From contig JBLIRN010000016.1 in NCBI GenBank assembly GCA_049472315.1, positions 1-64,000 of the forward strand: a stretch of DNA of 64,000 nt, given 5' to 3'. Within the stretch, counting starts at the first letter, position 1. The number at the start of each line of letters is the position of its first letter. A program made the position numbers and the translations under genes. Under the pieces are notes generated by a model. It was not told the DNA's origin, did not search any database, and saw only the letters and a list, made by a program, of their open reading frames with translations. The DNA is from a bacterium (GTDB taxonomy: Bacteria; SZUA-182; DTGQ01; JAFGSM01). This document shows, one piece after another, positions 58,813 to 64,000 of this stretch.

Positions 58813-59069
58813 TTATACACATCCTCCCTTTTATCAATTTTAATTACGCTGATTTTTTCATTTTCGACAAAAAAAAGCGCTCGATACTTGCCTTTCCTGA
58901 TACGATAATAATTTCGAAATTCATTTCCGCGAAGTCTTGTTATATCAAAGAGGCTCATATCCTTTGTTAATTCCAATGAGCGAAACGCGTTGTCAAATTG
59001 AATGAAGATCGGTTTCGGCAGCTTACCTTTTTCTAATGATTTTATAATCGTTCGTTCATAAACAGGCAT
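58809..59069 (-). CDS. RelE/ParE-family toxin
   Basis: DITRLRG...YYRIRKGKYRALF...IDKREDVY; low GC. Confidence 0.85.
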   Translation of the reverse strand: MPVYERTIIKSLEKGKLPKPIFIQFDNAFRSLELTKDMSLFDITRLRGNEFRNYYRIRKGKYRALFFVENEKISVIKIDKREDVYK

Positions 59070-59077
59070 ACGTATAC

Positions 59078-59107
59078 ATTGTAATACACATTTTCTTTAC
59101 GTGTCAA
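59078..59107 (-). promoter_or_regulatory. Sigma70 promoter of the TA operon with overlapping palindrome
   Basis: TTGACA-18 nt-TACAAT, 8 nt before the ATG; TGTATTACA palindrome overlaps the -10 box. Confidence 0.6.
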
Positions 59108-59327
59108 GGGATCGGATTCGGTCGTGTCGGACTCGGTAGCACCGCTGTGGAGAGCTTGCTGAACGGTTTCATCGAGGTTTCAGGGAAAACAGCGCCGGCG
59201 CCCTGGGATGCCCCTCAGGATTCGCAGTCCTGCCGGTGCAGCTGGCTGCAAATGCACCGACCGCAGCAATGGCCTTCGAGGGGTTCCGGAATAGCCTGTA
59301 GGTACTGAAAGCCGGTAAATCCAGCAA

Positions 59328-59357
59328 TTGACACCCCGTTGAACGATCGGGTATACT
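59328..59357 (+). promoter_or_regulatory. Candidate sigma70 promoter
   Basis: TTGACA-18 nt-TATACT. Confidence 0.5.
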
Positions 59358-59481
59358 TTTTCAAAACAATACATTCTGCTTGTTTCACTATGATGCGATT
59401 GAACTTCTCGGGGTTTTTAAGCAATAGCCATCTCGCCTCTTGGGGTGGGGCAGGTCACGCGTACGAAGGGGTGAAAACCGC

Positions 59482-61017
59482 ATGCTCCTGCATCATCAAT
59501 TTATAAGAATGGCAAAAAGGAACGGCAGGAAACCCGCCTTTATCGATCGCAGTGCAAACAGACGGATTTCTTACTCGAAGGCGCTCATCGCCTCACTGAT
59601 CCTCGCCCGCAGGTTTGACCAATATGCAGGGGGATTCCTCGGCATAATGATTCCCTCCTCGTCTGGGTGTGCCCTGTCGGTGCTCGGGGCACTCATGAGC
59701 GGAAGGACCCCGGTTATGATCAACCACTCAACAGGTGCTGCGGAAAACGCCGAATACGCCCAGCGGCACTGCGGTTTTACCACCATCATAACCTCCCGGA
59801 TGCTCCTCGAGAGGATCAGGTGCCCGCTGGTGAGGGGCATGGTCTTCATCGAGGACATCATGCAGAGGGTGGGGATATTCGAGAGGCTGCTTGCCGCCCT
59901 GATGTCGAGGATGCCTGCGGGGCTCATCCGCAGGTTCATCCACGCAGGCCAGGAGGAGGACAACGCCGTCATCCTTTTTACCAGCGGAAGCGAGAAGGAC
60001 CCCAAGGCGGTCCAGCTCACACACCGGAATATCAGTGCAAACGTCGAGTCCTTCGCCTCCGTGTTCGGCATGGCTGCGGAGGAAAGCATGCTCGCGCAGC
60101 TCCCCTTCTTTCACGTATTCGGCCTCACCGCGTGCCTCTGGACACCCCTCTACATGGGGATGACCGTAATCACCTATGCAAATCCCCTCGATTTCAAGGC
60201 GGTGTGTGATATCGTGCGGGAGGAACGGCCCACCGTGATGGTGGGGACACCGAGTTTTTTCAGGGGATACCTGAAGAAATCCCAGCCCGGTGACTTCAGC
60301 AGCGTCAGGGTTATGGTGTCCGGGGGGGACAAATGCCCCGACGCACTGCGGGAGGAGTTCGCGGAACGGCATAACCTGGTGCTCCTTGAAGGGTACGGGA
60401 CAACGGAGGCATCTCCCGTCATCTCTGTGAACACCCACATCCACAACAGGCCGGGGAGCGTGGGACGTCCCCTTCCCGGGGTCAAGGTGAGAATCGAGCA
60501 TTACGACACAGGGGAGGAATGCCCTCAGGGGGAGGCGGGAAAGATCCTGGTCAAGGGTGCGAACGTGATGAAGGGGTACTTTGACGATTTCGAGGAGACC
60601 TCGTATCATCTCAGGCACGGGTGGTACGATACCGGTGACATGGGCCTCCTCGACAGCGAGGGGTACCTCTGGCACATGGGAAGGCTCAAGCGGTTTGTGA
60701 AGATCGGGGGGGAGATGGTCTCTCTGGTCAAGGTCGAGACCGTGCTCGAGGACATGCTCCCCAGGGGGATCTCCTGCTGCGTGGTGGAGGTGCCGGATGC
60801 GGTCAAGGGCGCCAGGATCGTCGCCGTGGTGACGGAACCGGTCAATGAGAAGGAGATCCTGAAGGGCATGTCAAGGAATCTGCCGAATATCGCCCTGCCG
60901 AGGCAGTTCGTGGTTCTCGAGGACCTGCCCAAGATGGGAAGCGGCAAGATCGATTTCCGGGCCATCACGGATACCGTGCAGGACATGCTGCAAGGCGGGA
61001 ATGAAGAGGCGGAATAA
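59482..61017 (+). CDS. AMP-binding enzyme, Aas C-terminal-like acyl-ACP/CoA synthetase
   Basis: LFTSGSEKDPKAV, LPFFHVFGL, EGYGTTE, WYDTGD, GRLKRFVKIGGEM, LPKMGSGK. Confidence 0.9.
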   Translation: MLLHHQFIRMAKRNGRKPAFIDRSANRRISYSKALIASLILARRFDQYAGGFLGIMIPSSSGCALSVLGALMSGRTPVMINHSTGAAENAEYAQRHCGFTTIITSRMLLERIRCPLVRGMVFIEDIMQRVGIFERLLAALMSRMPAGLIRRFIHAGQEEDNAVILFTSGSEKDPKAVQLTHRNISANVESFASVFGMAAEESMLAQLPFFHVFGLTACLWTPLYMGMTVITYANPLDFKAVCDIVREERPTVMVGTPSFFRGYLKKSQPGDFSSVRVMVSGGDKCPDALREEFAERHNLVLLEGYGTTEASPVISVNTHIHNRPGSVGRPLPGVKVRIEHYDTGEECPQGEAGKILVKGANVMKGYFDDFEETSYHLRHGWYDTGDMGLLDSEGYLWHMGRLKRFVKIGGEMVSLVKVETVLEDMLPRGISCCVVEVPDAVKGARIVAVVTEPVNEKEILKGMSRNLPNIALPRQFVVLEDLPKMGSGKIDFRAITDTVQDMLQGGNEEAE

Positions 61018-61083
61018 CCGCTGCCCCAAGGGGGATGGAGCACGCCATTATCCTTTACAAGACCCTCATCCCTTACAAGAACA

Positions 61084-61578
61084 TCAATATTTGAGTACCG
61101 TATAATAGATATCTGTGAGATACGTGTTCGGGACAACCAGCACGGAAACGCCGGTGAGCTGGTACTGGACCTCGACCCCCGTTCTGTCCAAGCTTCCCGA
61201 GGTAAACAGGAACTGGCCCACATCCGTGATCTCCTGATAGGTCTCTCCCCCTGAGATAGGGCCGTCACCTATCCCGTCCGAGGTCCTGCGGCAGTACAGA
61301 TGGAGATTTGCATCCCAGAGGGTGTCCACCCTGTTCACATATACCTCCCAGTCCTTCTTGGCAGCCCCGGTTACGTCAATGACGCATGCATTGGAGGCGC
61401 TCTCATAGGTGCTCACCAGGTCTGTGCCCGCCCCCCCTTGGAGATCGAATACATCGATATTCTCCGACCAGGTTCCGGTGACCGTCATGGATATGGCTGC
61501 AAGATTCCCGGCAAGGAAGGGGAACATACAGAGCAGGAGTGCAATGGTAACCATATAGATACTTGCCCGGCAATTCAT
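61084..61578 (-). CDS. Exported beta-rich hypothetical protein
   Basis: Signal peptide; beta-strand-rich mature part ending YLTDIYYTV; start uncertain (61578/61602). Confidence 0.7.
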   Translation of the reverse strand: MNCRASIYMVTIALLLCMFPFLAGNLAAISMTVTGTWSENIDVFDLQGGAGTDLVSTYESASNACVIDVTGAAKKDWEVYVNRVDTLWDANLHLYCRRTSDGIGDGPISGGETYQEITDVGQFLFTSGSLDRTGVEVQYQLTGVSVLVVPNTYLTDIYYTVLKY

Positions 61579-62014
61579 TGCGTGTTCCGCCCCCTCATCC
61601 AACTGTGTAATTACTGAGCCTATGGATCATTTGATAGTCCACTTCGGGCTGCGTCTTTTTCATATGTTTCATCCCAGGGTCTGGGGACCATTTGGAATAC
61701 CCCTATTCCGGATTACGCTCCTTCTTACATAATCGGAAATTGCCTGACATCACCTTTTTTATATTAAACGGTACGGAGACTAATGTGAGGGTCCACTTTT
61801 TTTAAATGCCAAATATATCAATAAGTTGCGAACCACCATAGACTCGCACGGTTAAAGAGCGGGATGAGAAGATTCAATTTGTTATATTGCCGTTCAGAGG
61901 TCTATGCAGGACGGCCCCGGAAACATAAACCGACCATCTTGTCATACCAACAGAATCATGGTAGTCTTTATCTGATATCTTGAGAGAGACAACAATATGT
62001 TATAAGGGAAGCCG

Positions 62015-62398
62015 ATGGCTGATCGTTCAAAGGATTGGTTTGCCCAGGCGGAAAGGGACCTGGAGCAAGCCAGGGATTCTCAAAAAGACGGCCGACATGA
62101 ATGGGCCTGCTTTGCGGCACATCAGTCAGCGGAGAAGGCGGTTAAGGCACTTCATTTATTCTTAAAACAGGAAGCATGGGGACATGTCGTTGCCCGGCTT
62201 TTACATGAGCTTCCCATTGCCGTTGACGAAGATCTTATAGAAAAGGCGAAAGTCCTCGACGGCTTTTATATACCCACCCGTTACGCCAATGGGCATCCTG
62301 AAGGTGCACCCTTCGAGCATTACGGAAAACTTCACAGTAATGAGGCCATAAACTATGCCAGTGAGATCCTTGGGTTCGTCCGTTCTCAAATGGCCTGA
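62015..62398 (+). CDS. HEPN domain protein
   Basis: W..QAERDL..A, ACFAAHQSAEKAVKA, YIPTRYANGH. Confidence 0.92.
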   Translation: MADRSKDWFAQAERDLEQARDSQKDGRHEWACFAAHQSAEKAVKALHLFLKQEAWGHVVARLLHELPIAVDEDLIEKAKVLDGFYIPTRYANGHPEGAPFEHYGKLHSNEAINYASEILGFVRSQMA

Positions 62399-62723
62399 TA
62401 TTATGGAGGTAAATCAGGCGGTAAGATCTTGGGCGGAGACTGAAGCTGCACGACGTTCGAATTTGAGGATGTTAGGCTATTTCGGCTCATATGCCCGTGG
62501 TAACTGGGGGGTCGGCAGTGATCTGGACCTTATTGCCATATTGGATCAAACATCTGAACCGTTTGAGCGCCGTCCGATAAGTTGGGATTTGAGCCGATTG
62601 CCTGTTCCGGCAGATATTATTGTATACACGGAAAGTGAATGGCGGCATTTACGGAAAAATTCTAAAAAATTCGTGAGCACGCTGGAGGGTGAGATTATCT
62701 GGTTATACAAACGATCCTCATGA
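62355..62723 (+). CDS. Minimal nucleotidyltransferase (MNT)
   Basis: FGSYARG..GVGSDLDL, PADIIVYT; overlaps the HEPN gene. Confidence 0.9.
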   Translation: MPVRSLGSSVLKWPDIMEVNQAVRSWAETEAARRSNLRMLGYFGSYARGNWGVGSDLDLIAILDQTSEPFERRPISWDLSRLPVPADIIVYTESEWRHLRKNSKKFVSTLEGEIIWLYKRSS

Positions 62724-62957
62724 AAAGGTTGTTGGACCTTGTCAAAACCCCATCAACTATAAAATGAATCTTGCTCAATAGAGTGTCCTTACCGTGTCCC
62801 AGGCCGAAAGGGCTGTCACCTTTGCACCCACTGGCCCCCTGCAGCAGGACAAGACCTACACCATCCGGATTGAACCCGGCCTTGCGGATGCATTCGGCAA
62901 CACATCCATCGGCACCTTCACCTGACTTTTTTCATCATTTGTCTTTCCATAATCTCC

Positions 62958-63185
62958 GTGCCCGCAATCCATGTGCCCACAGCAGGCGTAACCCTACCGG
63001 CACCCATTTCTATAAGCATTACCACCATTGCGGATGATCCCGGCCTTCCCACAGGCGTGGGTTTTGTCACCAGCCCGGGACCCTATGCAGGCACCGAGGG
63101 AGCGGTCGTCAACCACAAGGGGTCTGTTTCGGTGATAGGGATCGGGGGAATCTCATTTAAGGAAAGGATGTGTGACCATGGATAA
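62958..63185 (+). pseudogene. Truncated paralogue fragment of the gene starting near 63693
   Basis: LPTGVGFVTSPGPYAGTEGAVV versus IPTGVDFVTSPGPFVGTEGSVV. Confidence 0.6.
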
Positions 63186-63692
63186 GGTCATATGAAAAAA
63201 GGTTTTATAGAAGGGCTATACGTGTATTGCCTTCGCGTGATTAGAGAAATTTGACCGGTAAAGGAAGACAATGCGGACAATTGAAATCAAATAGATCGCT
63301 GCGCTCATGTCAATCGCGGTTTTTGCTTGATACACAATGACTTACAGAATAAAACTTTTAAAATATGTTTTTTTCTGGTAAAATATTTCATATATTATTC
63401 TCAGGCATTCATATCATCTATGCTTTTCATCTCAAGGCCTTTTCAACAAAGATTCTATAAAGCGCAATACCATACTGAGAGGAGCGGGCACCGACATCAC
63501 ACGTCAATCGCCGGATCAAACATAGAACAATTCTTGCAGACGGAGCATATTCATGTTCCGTTTGGTCCGCGTGCGGGTATTCAGCATTCCGATTTCTGGC
63601 CGAAATTCTCCTTAATATAGTGCATTATCTTTGTATTTTTGGTTAGATGTTCATCTTGTAAACTAACCCGAAGATCGAGGGCACCAGTAGCA

Positions 63693-64000
63693 TTGAGCGG
63701 CCGAATTAGAATTTATTCTTGCGGAAGGCATTTCCTCTCCGTACTTCTTGCGGTTTTATTGCTTTTCATTCTTTTCACAGTTAATGGGCACTTTGCTGAC
63801 GCAAAGCCAAAGACAAAGGCAAAACCAAAGCAGCAGTTCTCCATAAAACTCATTCACTCAAACCTTACCCCTCTGGCAAAAAATCTGGCCATTCCTACGG
63901 GTGTAGATTTTGTGACAAGTCCAGGACCCTTCGTGGGTACCGAAGGATCAGTCGTCAAACAGGGGGATATCTTAGTCACCAATATAGGCGTATTAAAAAC
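63693..64000 (+). CDS. Exported hypothetical protein, runs off the window end
   Basis: Manual translation: LSGRIRIYSCGRHFLSVLLAVLLLFILFTVNGHFADA|KPKTK...LAIPTGVDFVTSPGPF; start uncertain. Confidence 0.65.
   Translation, partial: MSGRIRIYSCGRHFLSVLLAVLLLFILFTVNGHFADAKPKTKAKPKQQFSIKLIHSNLTPLAKNLAIPTGVDFVTSPGPFVGTEGSVVKQGDILVTNIGVLK

Noticed and set aside
62958..64000. Possible diversity-generating retroelement TR/VR pair
   Set aside because: Differences are mostly synonymous third positions, not adenine-specific, and there is no reverse transcriptase in the window

Overview
Bacterial chromosomal window from a probable anaerobe with a Desulfobacterota-like gene repertoire (taxon not determined). 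I found no rRNA, tRNA or CRISPR array. Housekeeping blocks: ubiB-like kinase, alaS, nadA, hom, alaC-like aminotransferase, lipA, trxB and cysE-cysK. Energy genes: a membrane-bound group-1 [NiFe] hydrogenase operon and a prenyltransferase/ApbE/NusG-II/Gx flavinylation cassette. Also present: two small TA-type modules and a probable IS1380 remnant. The most unusual part is a tandem array at 17.3-20.9 kb of six unannotated, nearly uncharged, exported paralogues. Each has a signal peptide, a mature N-terminal Gln, a Pro/Phe/Tyr-rich segment, a conserved Arg-anchored motif (about R-x-[APG]-x-A-[TP]) and a hydrophobic tail. Small ORFs with strong ribosome-binding sites lie between them, and a seventh protein of the same style is encoded at 44.6 kb next to a secreted subtilase. 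A dense cyclic-nucleotide signalling region (28.5-50.8 kb) holds a cyclase-TPR-degenerate HD-GYP fusion, a GAF-cyclase, a PDZ-TM-GAF-PP2C protein, a STAS protein, an MshEN-GAF-sigma54 activator with visible candidate enhancer sites and a -24/-12 promoter, and a GGDEF-STAND-HEAT giant. cysK has no canonical start codon and is in frame with cysE across a single TAG. All calls come from reading motifs by eye; no searches were run.
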